A stretch of 64,000 nt of DNA from an uncultured Gammaproteobacteria bacterium (GTDB lineage Bacteria; Patescibacteriota; Microgenomatia; Levybacterales; UBA12049). The stretch covers positions 183,774-247,773 of the forward strand of contig CAYYSJ010000002.1 in assembly GCA_964474445.1 (NCBI GenBank), read 5' to 3'. Positions 53,368-62,352 of the stretch are shown here, piece after piece. Numbering within the stretch: position 1 is the first letter of the stretch; each line of letters opens with the position of its first letter. The position numbers were made by a program, and so were the translations under genes. A model generated the notes under the pieces. It ran no database searches. It was not told the origin of the DNA and was given only the letters and a program-made list of their open reading frames with translations.

Positions 53368-55539
53368 ATGGACGAGAATCAAGTACCAGATTTTTTAAAA
53401 CCAGTTTCTCCTCAAGAGGCATTAAAAAAATTTACTATTAATTTGACTGCTCAAGCAAAGTCAGGAAAAGTTGACCCGGTTATTGGTCGTGAAACAGAAA
53501 TTCGTCGGGTAATGGAAATTTTATCCAGACGTACGAAGAATAATCCCATTCTTATTGGAGATCCAGGAGTTGGAAAAACTGCAATTGTTGAAGGACTTGC
53601 CCAAAAAATTTCTTCAGGCCAAGTTCCAACAACACTAAAAGAAAAAGAAGTATTAGTACTCGATTTTGCTGCGCTTTTAGCAGGAGCAAAGTTTAGGGGA
53701 GAGTTTGAAGAGCGTTTGAAAGGGGTGATCAAAGCTGTTGAAGAAGGTGAAGGGAAATATGTTTTGTTTATTGATGAGATTCATACACTCGTTGGTGGGG
53801 GAGCGAGTGAAGGATCAGTTGACGCTGCAAATATTCTCAAGCCAAGTCTTGCGAGAGGGACACTTCGGACAATTGGGGCAACAACAGTCAATGAATATAG
53901 AAAATATATAGAAAAAGATCCAGCACTTGCACGTCGGTTCCAACCTGTATTTGTTGAAGAACCAACAATTGAGGATACTATTTCTGTACTTCGTGGTATC
54001 AAAGAGCGATACGAATTACATCATGGTATTAGAATTACTGATAACGCACTCATTGCCGCAGCCAAATTATCTGCTCAATATATTCCACAACGATTTCTTC
54101 CTGATAAAGCAATAGATCTTGTTGATGAGGCGGCAGCAGCTATAAAAATTGAAGCAGAAAGTATGCCAACAGAACTCGATGAATTAAAAAGGAAAATCAC
54201 CCAGTCAGAGATTGCCATAACCGCCCTGAAAAAAGAAAAGACAGAAATTGCTAAAGCAAAAATGCAACAAGAAGAAAATGGGTTAAAAGAGATGAAAGCA
54301 AAAGCTGAAGTAATAGAAAAAAGATGGAGAGAACAAAAAGATATTATTCAACAACTTCAGGAAAAGAGAGCGAAAATCGACGCTTTTCGAATTGAACTTG
54401 AACAAGCAGAGAGAAATATCGAGCTTGAAAAAGCAGCAGAATTGAAATTTGGGAAAATTCCAGAACTAGAAAAAGAATTACTTGCTCTTCAGGCAGATTT
54501 GGAAAAAATTCCAGAGGAAGAGAGAGTATTGAGAGAAGAAGTAGACGAGGAAGATATTGCAAGGGTTGTAAGTCGATGGACTGGGATTCCTGTAACTCGA
54601 ATGCTTTCATCAGAAGCGGATAGATTGTCTCATTTGGAAGAAGAATTGAAGGAGCGAGTTGTAGGACAAGATGAAGCATTATCTGTATTGTCTAGGGCAG
54701 TACGACGTAATCGGTCAGGGTTGGGTGCAAAAAATAGACCAATCGGATCTTTCCTTTTCCTTGGACCAACCGGAGTCGGGAAGACAGAGACAGCAAAAGC
54801 ATTAGCAGCAATTCTCTTCAATGATGATCATGCCATTACCAGAATAGATATGAGTGAGTATCAGGAATCTCATTCTGTTGCACGACTTGTTGGTGCCCCT
54901 CCTGGTTACATTGGATATGAAGAAGGAGGACAATTAACCGAGGCAGTCAGAAGAAGACCATATTCAGTTATATTATTTGATGAAGTTGAAAAGGCTCATC
55001 CTCAGGTATTTAATTTATTCCTTCAAATTTTTGATGAAGGACATTTAACTGATAGTAAAGGAGTAAAGGTTGATTTTCGAAATACCATTATTATCATGAC
55101 ATCAAATTTGGGGAGCGATATCATTCAGGGATATAGTTCAAATACAACTGAAAAAAATAAAGAACAAAATAAAAAAGAAATGGATAAAAAAATTTGGGAG
55201 CTACTTCATACAGCGTTTAGACCAGAAACGCTCAATAGACTTGATGATGTGATTATCTATAACCCACTCACTGCAAAAGAGATTTTGCAGATAGCAAAAC
55301 TACAGCTTGATCAAGTGAAGGAGAGAATGGAAGAAAATAATATTGAACTTGAAGTCGATGATGATGTGGCGATGTATTTAGCAGAAGAAGGATTTGACCC
55401 AGTCTTTGGTGCCCGGCCACTCAAGAGACTTATTGAAGAAAAAATTGTTGATCCCATCGCTCTAAAAATTATTGAAAATGAAATTAAAGCTGGAGACGTT
55501 ATCCGGCCAAAAGTAGAAGACGGGAAAGTAGTTATTTAA
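53368..55539 (+). CDS. clpB: ClpB disaggregase (AAA+), naturally lacking the N-terminal domain
   Basis: 723 aa. It begins at the position equivalent to E. coli ClpB residue ~145 (QALKKFTINLTAQAKSGKVDPVIGRETEIRRV). Walker A motifs GDPGVGKT and GPTGVGKT, an M-domain coiled coil and a C-terminal D2 small domain. No upstream ORF encodes an N-domain. Confidence 0.85.
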   Translation: MDENQVPDFLKPVSPQEALKKFTINLTAQAKSGKVDPVIGRETEIRRVMEILSRRTKNNPILIGDPGVGKTAIVEGLAQKISSGQVPTTLKEKEVLVLDFAALLAGAKFRGEFEERLKGVIKAVEEGEGKYVLFIDEIHTLVGGGASEGSVDAANILKPSLARGTLRTIGATTVNEYRKYIEKDPALARRFQPVFVEEPTIEDTISVLRGIKERYELHHGIRITDNALIAAAKLSAQYIPQRFLPDKAIDLVDEAAAAIKIEAESMPTELDELKRKITQSEIAITALKKEKTEIAKAKMQQEENGLKEMKAKAEVIEKRWREQKDIIQQLQEKRAKIDAFRIELEQAERNIELEKAAELKFGKIPELEKELLALQADLEKIPEEERVLREEVDEEDIARVVSRWTGIPVTRMLSSEADRLSHLEEELKERVVGQDEALSVLSRAVRRNRSGLGAKNRPIGSFLFLGPTGVGKTETAKALAAILFNDDHAITRIDMSEYQESHSVARLVGAPPGYIGYEEGGQLTEAVRRRPYSVILFDEVEKAHPQVFNLFLQIFDEGHLTDSKGVKVDFRNTIIIMTSNLGSDIIQGYSSNTTEKNKEQNKKEMDKKIWELLHTAFRPETLNRLDDVIIYNPLTAKEILQIAKLQLDQVKERMEENNIELEVDDDVAMYLAEEGFDPVFGARPLKRLIEEKIVDPIALKIIENEIKAGDVIRPKVEDGKVVI

Positions 55540-55580
55540 TGGTGTTTGTTTAGTATGATAGATCTTCATACATTAAAAAA

Positions 55581-57479
55581 TTAGAAATAATTTTTTAATT
55601 GTAGTTTATAGTCCTTTATATTCCATTTTTTTCTTATTTTATTTACTTGTAGTGTTAAGTAATCTTTTGCTAATTTTTGAGAATCCTTTTCATACATATC
55701 TAAAAGGTGGGGATATTTAGAAAGATATCTTCTTATCAGGCTGTCTTCTTGTTGCAGAACATCAATGTATAAAAGCCAACGCTCGAGCGCTTTTTTCTGA
55801 AAATCTGAAAGAGATAGAGGAATAAGTTCTGGATGCAGGGCAAGATGTTTATCAGACTGATTACCGATAATGCGCAAACGGTTTTGAAAGGTAGCAATAT
55901 TCGCTGAGTATATTTGTTGATCAATAGCTTCAGATTTTTTACGAGCACCAATTGTATCCATAAGGAGGGAAAGAGACAATTTTTTTGTTCTATCTATCAT
56001 AGAACCCCCTTTTTCATCTCGTTCGGAAACAACCTTGCCGAGAATTTCTGCTTGTGCACGAGCAATACTTGGCAAAGTGCAAGAAATTGCAGTAAGAAAA
56101 GTAGTACTTGATTGTTTTGTGTTATTTGAAATGATATTGGAAAGACGTTGTCTTGCTCGTATAAAAAGTTGCATGAATTCTTTTGCTCTGTCTGAAAATC
56201 CATCCACGAGTTGTCCATTCTCTTCTTTCTTATCAGAGTTTCTCGCGCGAATACCATCTAAGACATCTGTTAAATTTCCAAATCCATAGTTGTATAGTCC
56301 GCTTATCTTTTGTAAGGTTGAAGGGCGTCCTGAGTACAATTGGTTTAGTCCCTTTTGAAGTTTAGTAAGCCCCAAAAATGAAACTTCATTAGGTGAAAGA
56401 TTTTTATCAACAATTCTGTCTAAAAGCGGTTCAAGCGTTCTCACAATTTTTCGAATTGGATTATTTTGAGCAGGAGATAATTTTGATTGTTGTGTTGTCT
56501 TGTTGTGAAAGTCTTGTTGAGGTTGTTTCGTTTCATTTACGATATCGAAAAGTTCTTGACGATTATTATGCAATGACTTTTCTATTACATTCAATATTGC
56601 TTCCGGACCATCTCCTTCGAGAATATGCAGATGAGAGTTACTTTTCTGTGCATTTTCTGCGGCCTTTTTTGCCATTGTGGTTGGATGAACAAGATACTGT
56701 GAAAGTGTATAGTATTTCGGATTATCATGCAGGGTGAGCATGGGGATATCTACTGTTGCATCACCAAAAATGAATGCGTGTATAGCCTTGTGTGTTTGCT
56801 TTGCATATTTTTCCAACAGGTATTTTACCGCGTTATCTTTTCCTCCCAATTTTGGTGTAATTAACAGCTCGCCGGAAAATATATGGGACGTGTTTTTTTT
56901 AAGCAATTTCTCTGTATACACAACACGAACCCCTGAAGAAAAGAGTGTAAGAATATCTTTTCGAATTTGCTCAAGCTGGACATATGGAATATTAAGAAGT
57001 CGAATTCGTATCAAGAACGTATTTCCTATGCCAAATGTTGCTGAATAAGATTGTGTGAGAAAATAATCACGTAAAACATTACTAATTTCTAATTTATTCC
57101 ATGTTTCTATTTTTCCATCTGCCCATTTTACTTTACTATAGTGCATCAAGGATTCCCATTCCATATCACGGGAGTAGACTCTATTCATAAGCTGATGATA
57201 GATAACTGTTCCATTTGCGGTAATAATGCTATCTGGTTGGGAAAATCCCAGAAAAGAAATTTGTCTTTTGTCTGCATCATTCCAGTCTGATCTTCCCGTT
57301 GTGATAACAAAAGGAATATCATGTGATTTGAGGTGCAGAGCTGTTTTTCTATTCACAAATGGAGCTTTCAAAATGTTAAGATTTGGGCTAAAAATTGTTC
57401 CATCAAGATCTGCAAAAACTATCCTGGGATTGTCTTGTTTTTCTAGTTTCTTTACGAGTATTTCTTCTGTTGATAGCAT
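55581..57479 (-). CDS. HAD-IIB family phosphatase fused to a soluble domain bearing a CDP-alcohol phosphatidyltransferase signature
   Basis: 632 aa, no TM helices. N-terminal HAD motifs FADLDGTIF, ITTGRS and FGDATVDIPML. C-terminal region has PNEVSFLGLTK followed by DGIRARNSDKKEENGQLVDGFSD, matching D-G-x2-A-R-x8-G-x3-D-x3-D exactly. Confidence 0.5.
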   Translation of the reverse strand: MLSTEEILVKKLEKQDNPRIVFADLDGTIFSPNLNILKAPFVNRKTALHLKSHDIPFVITTGRSDWNDADKRQISFLGFSQPDSIITANGTVIYHQLMNRVYSRDMEWESLMHYSKVKWADGKIETWNKLEISNVLRDYFLTQSYSATFGIGNTFLIRIRLLNIPYVQLEQIRKDILTLFSSGVRVVYTEKLLKKNTSHIFSGELLITPKLGGKDNAVKYLLEKYAKQTHKAIHAFIFGDATVDIPMLTLHDNPKYYTLSQYLVHPTTMAKKAAENAQKSNSHLHILEGDGPEAILNVIEKSLHNNRQELFDIVNETKQPQQDFHNKTTQQSKLSPAQNNPIRKIVRTLEPLLDRIVDKNLSPNEVSFLGLTKLQKGLNQLYSGRPSTLQKISGLYNYGFGNLTDVLDGIRARNSDKKEENGQLVDGFSDRAKEFMQLFIRARQRLSNIISNNTKQSSTTFLTAISCTLPSIARAQAEILGKVVSERDEKGGSMIDRTKKLSLSLLMDTIGARKKSEAIDQQIYSANIATFQNRLRIIGNQSDKHLALHPELIPLSLSDFQKKALERWLLYIDVLQQEDSLIRRYLSKYPHLLDMYEKDSQKLAKDYLTLQVNKIRKKWNIKDYKLQLKNYF

Positions 57480-57531
57480 ACGCTTTACCCCTTTATTGTA
57501 TCAAAACTGATGGACATGGTATGATAGATCT

Positions 57532-58362
57532 ATGGATAGTCGTCCCCATAAGCTACTTCTGAATGGTGCTCGTGAACTTTTCTCTCTTGCGGTAAGAGGT
57601 GCTGAGAAGCTGAAAGATAAGTATATTTGGACAAAAAAAGAAGTTGAGGAAGCAAGAGGATATCTTATCTACTTCCGAGACACAATGAAGCAAGAGAATG
57701 AAGATCTTTTTCACAATGTATTTGGTGAAAGTGGAGATTTTTTTGACTTGGAGCCTTTTGCAAGAGGGTACAATGCTCGAGTCTTGACATTTAAAACGAT
57801 TGTAGACGGTAAGGTAAGGAAGTGGGTTATTAAGGTTGGGTTTCGAATATCTCCAGTGGTTGATTTTGGTGATCCATCGAGCGAAGGATATTTTGAAGAA
57901 TATCAAGGGTATTTGGATAATCTTCGAAGGGCTGTCTCTCAAAAAAGTGTTTTAAAATACCTGCTTCCAGAGCCTCAGGCAATTCTTCGGGCAACACTTG
58001 ATGGAGAAGAAACAAATATGAATACAACGCTTGCTATTCAGCCATTTATGCATGTTGTACGACCCGCTGATTTAAAAAAGACTATAACGAGGGAGGAACG
58101 TCGACAACTGTTAGCAGAACTGAAAGCATTTAAGGAGTTATCTGCTTATTTGGTGAAACACCATCAAGTAGCTCCTGAGCTTATTGGAGAAGGCAACTTG
58201 GAGATTGTGCGTATTGGAGAAAAATACCACCTGATGCTGTTAGATATGGGATGGGTGGATCTTAAAAAACCTATTCCTATTACCCAAACAATCGCTCATT
58301 TCTCAAGTATCTATGTGATCTCAAAGCTTGAAAATTGGTTGAAGAATAAAGTGAGAGAATGA
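57532..58362 (+). CDS. hypothetical protein, possibly atypical protein-kinase-like fold
   Basis: 276 aa. Spaced elements VRKWVIKVG (beta3-Lys-like), EEYQGYL, LAIQPFMHVV, GEGNLEIVRIGEKYHLMLLDMGW (catalytic-loop/DFG-like without canonical Asp residues). Divergent from the HAD-CDP-OH gene. Confidence 0.3.
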   Translation: MDSRPHKLLLNGARELFSLAVRGAEKLKDKYIWTKKEVEEARGYLIYFRDTMKQENEDLFHNVFGESGDFFDLEPFARGYNARVLTFKTIVDGKVRKWVIKVGFRISPVVDFGDPSSEGYFEEYQGYLDNLRRAVSQKSVLKYLLPEPQAILRATLDGEETNMNTTLAIQPFMHVVRPADLKKTITREERRQLLAELKAFKELSAYLVKHHQVAPELIGEGNLEIVRIGEKYHLMLLDMGWVDLKKPIPITQTIAHFSSIYVISKLENWLKNKVRE

Positions 58363-58408
58363 GGATATATTTAACCTAGTATACTGTTGTAAAATAAAGT
58401 CCACGCCT

Positions 58409-58720
58409 ATGTCTTCCCAGAATTCTTATCAGCGAATTTATGAGATAGTAAGGAAAATCCCATTAGGGAAGGTAATGACCTACAAACAGGTTAGTCTTCT
58501 TGCTAATGTTGCTACTCCGCGTGTTGTTGGTTTTGCCCTTCATATCAATAAGGACCCAGATCATATCCCTTGTCATAGGGTCGTTTTTTCTGACGGGTCG
58601 TTGACAAAAGGTTATGCTTTTGGTGGAGAAGGTGTACAAAAAGAAAAGCTTATGAAAGAGGGGGTTTTGTTTACAGAGAAAGAGAAAGTAAATCTTACTG
58701 AGTCTCTTTGGGTATCGTAA
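58409..58720 (+). CDS. methylated-DNA--protein-cysteine methyltransferase family protein (C-terminal DNA-binding/active-site domain only)
   Basis: 103 aa with the PCHRVV active-site motif and a helix-turn-helix region (TYKQVSLLANVATPRVVG). Confidence 0.7.
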   Translation: MSSQNSYQRIYEIVRKIPLGKVMTYKQVSLLANVATPRVVGFALHINKDPDHIPCHRVVFSDGSLTKGYAFGGEGVQKEKLMKEGVLFTEKEKVNLTESLWVS

Positions 58721-58730
58721 TAATCAAGCA

Positions 58731-59072
58731 TTATTCTTCTTGCTGCTTATCGATATATTTTTCTTCTACTTTCTTTAATTTATCGTTGATTGCTCTTTCT
58801 ATATCAACTCCTGCTGTCATTGCAAGTTGCATTGTTGTAATGATAACATCAGCAAATTCCACGTACATATTACGTTTATCAAATTTTGCCAATTTCGCTT
58901 TTCTTTGTAATTTCAGAATTGCCAGAATATCATTACATAACTCTCCGACTTCTTCATTCAGTTTCACTGTACGAGACAGAATTTCCTGCTCTTGAGGAGT
59001 TTTAATCCGGTAAGAAATGGGGGAATGTTCTGCAATTTTTTTCAATCTTTCTTCTACTTGTTTAAAATCCAT
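58731..59072 (-). CDS. MazG-like nucleotide pyrophosphohydrolase (small all-alpha NTP-PPase)
   Basis: 113 aa with EEVGELCNDIL and EFADVIITTMQLAMTAGVDIERAINDKLKK, characteristic of MazG-like/YpjD proteins. Confidence 0.65.
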   Translation of the reverse strand: MDFKQVEERLKKIAEHSPISYRIKTPQEQEILSRTVKLNEEVGELCNDILAILKLQRKAKLAKFDKRNMYVEFADVIITTMQLAMTAGVDIERAINDKLKKVEEKYIDKQQEE

Positions 59073-59144
59073 ACATTTTATTTTACCACATATTATTTTA
59101 CCACATCGGGTTGGAGAAATACTGAAAGTTGTGTATACTATAAA

Positions 59145-60003
59145 GGTGATTACCTACCTTCAAGCAATCATTTTGGGCATGCTCCAAGGTATTTCAGAGC
59201 TTTTTCCTATCTCTAGTCTTGGACACAGTGTTATTTTTCCCAAGCTTATTGGATGGAATGTTCATCAAGATGCTCCTTATTTTTTAAGTTTTCTCGTTGC
59301 AACCCATCTTGCGACTGCAATTGTTTTGTTTTTCTTCTTTTGGAGAGATTGGGAGCGAATTCTTTCAGGGATGTTTCGATCATTAAAAGAACGGGAGATT
59401 AAAAATGATGATCCTGATGCCAAGCTGGCATGGCTTTTGATAATAGGGACAATTCCTGCTGGTATTCTTGGCCTTCTTTTTGAAGAATCATTCAAAAAAA
59501 ATTTTGCATTTGCAAATATTGCAGCATTCTTTCTTATCTTAAATGGATTGTTGCTTTTTTTTGGGGAAATCTTGCGAAGGCGAAAATTCCTTACCCTTCG
59601 AGATAGTGATAGTCGAATTGCTCAAACGTCATGGCTACAAGCCTTGGGAGTTGGGGCAGCACAAGCCATTGCCCTTATTCCTGGATTCTCTCGTACTGGT
59701 GCAACACTTGTTGGTGGACTTTTACTAGGACTTAGTCACGAAGATGCTGCAAAATATTCATTCTTGCTAGCAACTCCTATTATTGGGGCAGCAGCATTAC
59801 TGAAACTTCCAGAATTATTTACACCAGCAGAAAGTGCCATTTTGGGTCAAACATTTGTTGGATCAATAGGTGCAGCTATTTTTGCTTATCTATCAGTAAG
59901 ATTTCTTACGAAATATTTTAAAACTAATACGTTGTTGCCTTTTGCAATTTACTGCCTTGTGATGGGGATTGGAAGTTCAGCAATTTTATTCCTATTTCGA
60001 TGA
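59145..60003 (+). CDS. uppP: undecaprenyl-diphosphate phosphatase (UppP/BacA)
   Basis: Conserved LQGISELFPISSLGHSV and PGFSRTGATLVGGLLLGLSHEDAAKYSFLL, with 8 TM helices. The start is probably GTG 59145 or ATG 59179; the track ORF from 59017 adds an unlikely N-terminal extension. Confidence 0.85.
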
Positions 60004-60264
60004 TTTTTTGCCGGTTTGAAACCAACCAAAGGCGAAAACAGCAAGACTAAGGAGAAAAGCTCCAATTGCATGTTTGTAGTGTAATTTTGAAGTCATATCA
60101 TATCCTGGGAGAAATGCAGGCAAATTATGTGCAGGTGTCATTGCATACATTCCTGCAAGAACAAGTAGCAATACGCCAACGATTACTGAGAGAACTACAA
60201 TAAGTGTTTTTTGCATATATTCATCATTGCTTACTTGGCAAAAAAAGTCAATAAGAATATACAA
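59992..60264 (-). CDS. small two-TM membrane protein, unknown function
   Basis: 90-aa ORF. The likely start is the internal MQKTLIVVLSV. Two hydrophobic helices. Confidence 0.3.
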   Translation of the reverse strand: MYILIDFFCQVSNDEYMQKTLIVVLSVIVGVLLLVLAGMYAMTPAHNLPAFLPGYDMTSKLHYKHAIGAFLLSLAVFAFGWFQTGKKSSK

Positions 60265-60282
60265 GATATATATCTTTTCTCT

Positions 60283-60618
60283 TCAATTATAGATGCCAAA
60301 GAAAAGAAGCGTAAGAGGTTTTGTCCCTGTTACTGTAATGGTATGAACTTCATTTGGAGATACAGTTATACAAACACCCTGCGAAATATGAAACTCATGT
60401 TCGTCAACTTTCATTATTCCTTCTCCGTCTTCAACATACATAATCTCAGAAAAATCACTATGACTATGAGGTTCAACTGTTTCTCCTGGCTGAAAGGTAA
60501 CCCTTCCAAATTGTTGCAAATGCGTAACTTCGTTTTGAGATACGAGTACCTTTTTCTTTCCCACTCCTGAATGTGATGTCGAAACTTCTGGCAATGTATC
60601 AAGCGATACGATTTTCAT
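60283..60618 (-). CDS. cupin-domain protein
   Basis: 111 aa with the cupin 2 conserved barrel FQPGETVEPHSHSDFSEIMYVEDGEGIM and a second His motif. Confidence 0.65.
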   Translation of the reverse strand: MKIVSLDTLPEVSTSHSGVGKKKVLVSQNEVTHLQQFGRVTFQPGETVEPHSHSDFSEIMYVEDGEGIMKVDEHEFHISQGVCITVSPNEVHTITVTGTKPLTLLFFGIYN

Positions 60619-60675
60619 AAATATAGTATATCAAACAGCGTTGCAAGTTCGTTTCTCATTCACTACAATACCTTT

Positions 60676-61110
60676 ATGCCGAGAAAGAAGGTAACATTTG
60701 CTGAGGATCAGGAAGAAGATGTTGTTGAGGTATGGGATTTTCGAAAAATAGCAGTTGGAGTAGTTATTGTTGCCTTACTCATTGGTGGAGGTATTATTGG
60801 GAAAAGAATCCTTTTTCATGAATCACTTGATCCCCAATCTTTTATTCCTCCATTACCGAGTGTTAAGAGTTTGACTTCTGTTCTCGGGAATAATGATAAC
60901 AATCCACATGTAAAAATACGACTTCCTTCATCGGCGGATATTCAAAATCAAGTACAAAATATTCAACAAGAAGTAACCCACTTAAATGTAAATGAAATAG
61001 CCACTGCTTCTCCTCAAGTACGACAAGTGCTCAAGCAGCTACAAGATTTGCCTGCAGGACCTGCAGGGCAAGTAAAAGAAGCGTGTATAAGACTCTGCTC
61101 ACAGTTGTAA
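60676..61110 (+). CDS. hypothetical single-pass membrane protein
   Basis: 144 aa with TM helix IAVGVVIVALLIGGGIIG and no recognised domain. Confidence 0.3.
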   Translation: MPRKKVTFAEDQEEDVVEVWDFRKIAVGVVIVALLIGGGIIGKRILFHESLDPQSFIPPLPSVKSLTSVLGNNDNNPHVKIRLPSSADIQNQVQNIQQEVTHLNVNEIATASPQVRQVLKQLQDLPAGPAGQVKEACIRLCSQL

Positions 61111-61234
61111 ATAGATATATTCATAAAACCCAGCAACTAATCGTGTTGTTCTTTTGGAATTTAGGCTCTTTTGTGAGAAAATAGAGGAGATTCTGGACAA
61201 ACCAGCATACTAGTAAAACTAGTAATATAGATAT

Positions 61235-62242
61235 ATGGATGATTTACATCACAGAGCACAAAAAGTTATAGAAGCTTTACATGTTGAAGAAAAGAAAAAA
61301 AGAATAAGGGAACTTGAGCTAGAGAGTTCTGATATTAACTTTTGGCAGGATCACCAAGCTGCATCTGCCAAAATGAAAGAATTATCAGGGCTTCAAAAAG
61401 AAGTTGAAGAAGCAGAAATGCTCCAGTTGATGATAGATGAAGGGCAGTGGGATGATGTTGAGGAAACAGTAGATAGACTTGAAATGCTTTTATATTTTTC
61501 TGGAGCACATGATGAATCGGGATGCATTTTGGCAATTCATGCAGGACAAGGAGGGACGGAAGCGATGGATTGGACTGAAATGCTTTTTCGCATGTATACA
61601 AGATATGTTGAACGAAAAGGGTGGAGTTATGAAATTATTGACCAGACTCCCGGAGAAGAAGCGGGATTTAAGTCCATAACTATTCAAATTGATGGGAAAT
61701 ATGCATATGGCTTCTTGAAATTTGAAGCAGGGACTCACAGACTTGTGAGACAGTCACCCTTTAACGCTGACAATCTTCGTCAAACCTCGTTTGCATTAGT
61801 TGAAGTCTTACCTCAAATTGAAAATGATAGTGAAGTTCAAGTAAGGGATGAAGAGTTAGAATGGGATTTTTACCGTGCCGGAGGACATGGAGGACAAAAT
61901 GTCAATAAAGTCTCAACAGCTGTCCGTTTGAAACACAAGCCAACTGGTATTGTTGTGACTGCACAATCAGAAAGATTCCAAGGTGCCAATAGAGAAATCG
62001 CACTAAGGCTTTTAAAATCAAAATTGTGGTTTATTCAGGAAGAAGAGCGAAAGAAAAGAGAAGCAGAATTAAAAGGAGGTTACAAGACTCCTGGGTGGGG
62101 CAATCAAATCCGCTCCTATGTTTTGCATCCTTATCATATGGTAAAAGACTTACGAACTGAATATGAGACAGGTAATACTGGGGCAGTCTTAGATGGAGAT
62201 TTGGATAAATTTATTGAAGAAGAACTACGAAAGCTGTCTTAG
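61235..62242 (+). CDS. prfB: peptide chain release factor 2 (no programmed frameshift)
   Basis: 335 aa with the SPF tripeptide (RQSPFNAD) and GGQ motif ([10 protein letters not shown]). Aligns to RF2 from about residue 11 of the E. coli protein. An uninterrupted ATG start, and no upstream CTT-TGA-C shift site. Confidence 0.85.
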   Translation: MDDLHHRAQKVIEALHVEEKKKRIRELELESSDINFWQDHQAASAKMKELSGLQKEVEEAEMLQLMIDEGQWDDVEETVDRLEMLLYFSGAHDESGCILAIHAGQGGTEAMDWTEMLFRMYTRYVERKGWSYEIIDQTPGEEAGFKSITIQIDGKYAYGFLKFEAGTHRLVRQSPFNADNLRQTSFALVEVLPQIENDSEVQVRDEELEWDFYRAGGHGGQNVNKVSTAVRLKHKPTGIVVTAQSERFQGANREIALRLLKSKLWFIQEEERKKREAELKGGYKTPGWGNQIRSYVLHPYHMVKDLRTEYETGNTGAVLDGDLDKFIEEELRKLS

Positions 62243-62352
62243 GGATTTCTTATAAAAATGTTACCATGCGAGTTAACCAACTGTCACCAGAATTCTTATC
62301 TCATACGAAACACAAGTGGCGACTGCTATTTTAAATGAGAAGAGAAAGTAGT

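Noticed and set aside
61141-61240. Looked for the classical prfB +1 programmed frameshift (short ORF0 ending CTT TGA C)
   Set aside because: The upstream 90 nt contain multiple stops in every frame and no shifty site. The gene has an ordinary ATG start, so no frameshift is called.
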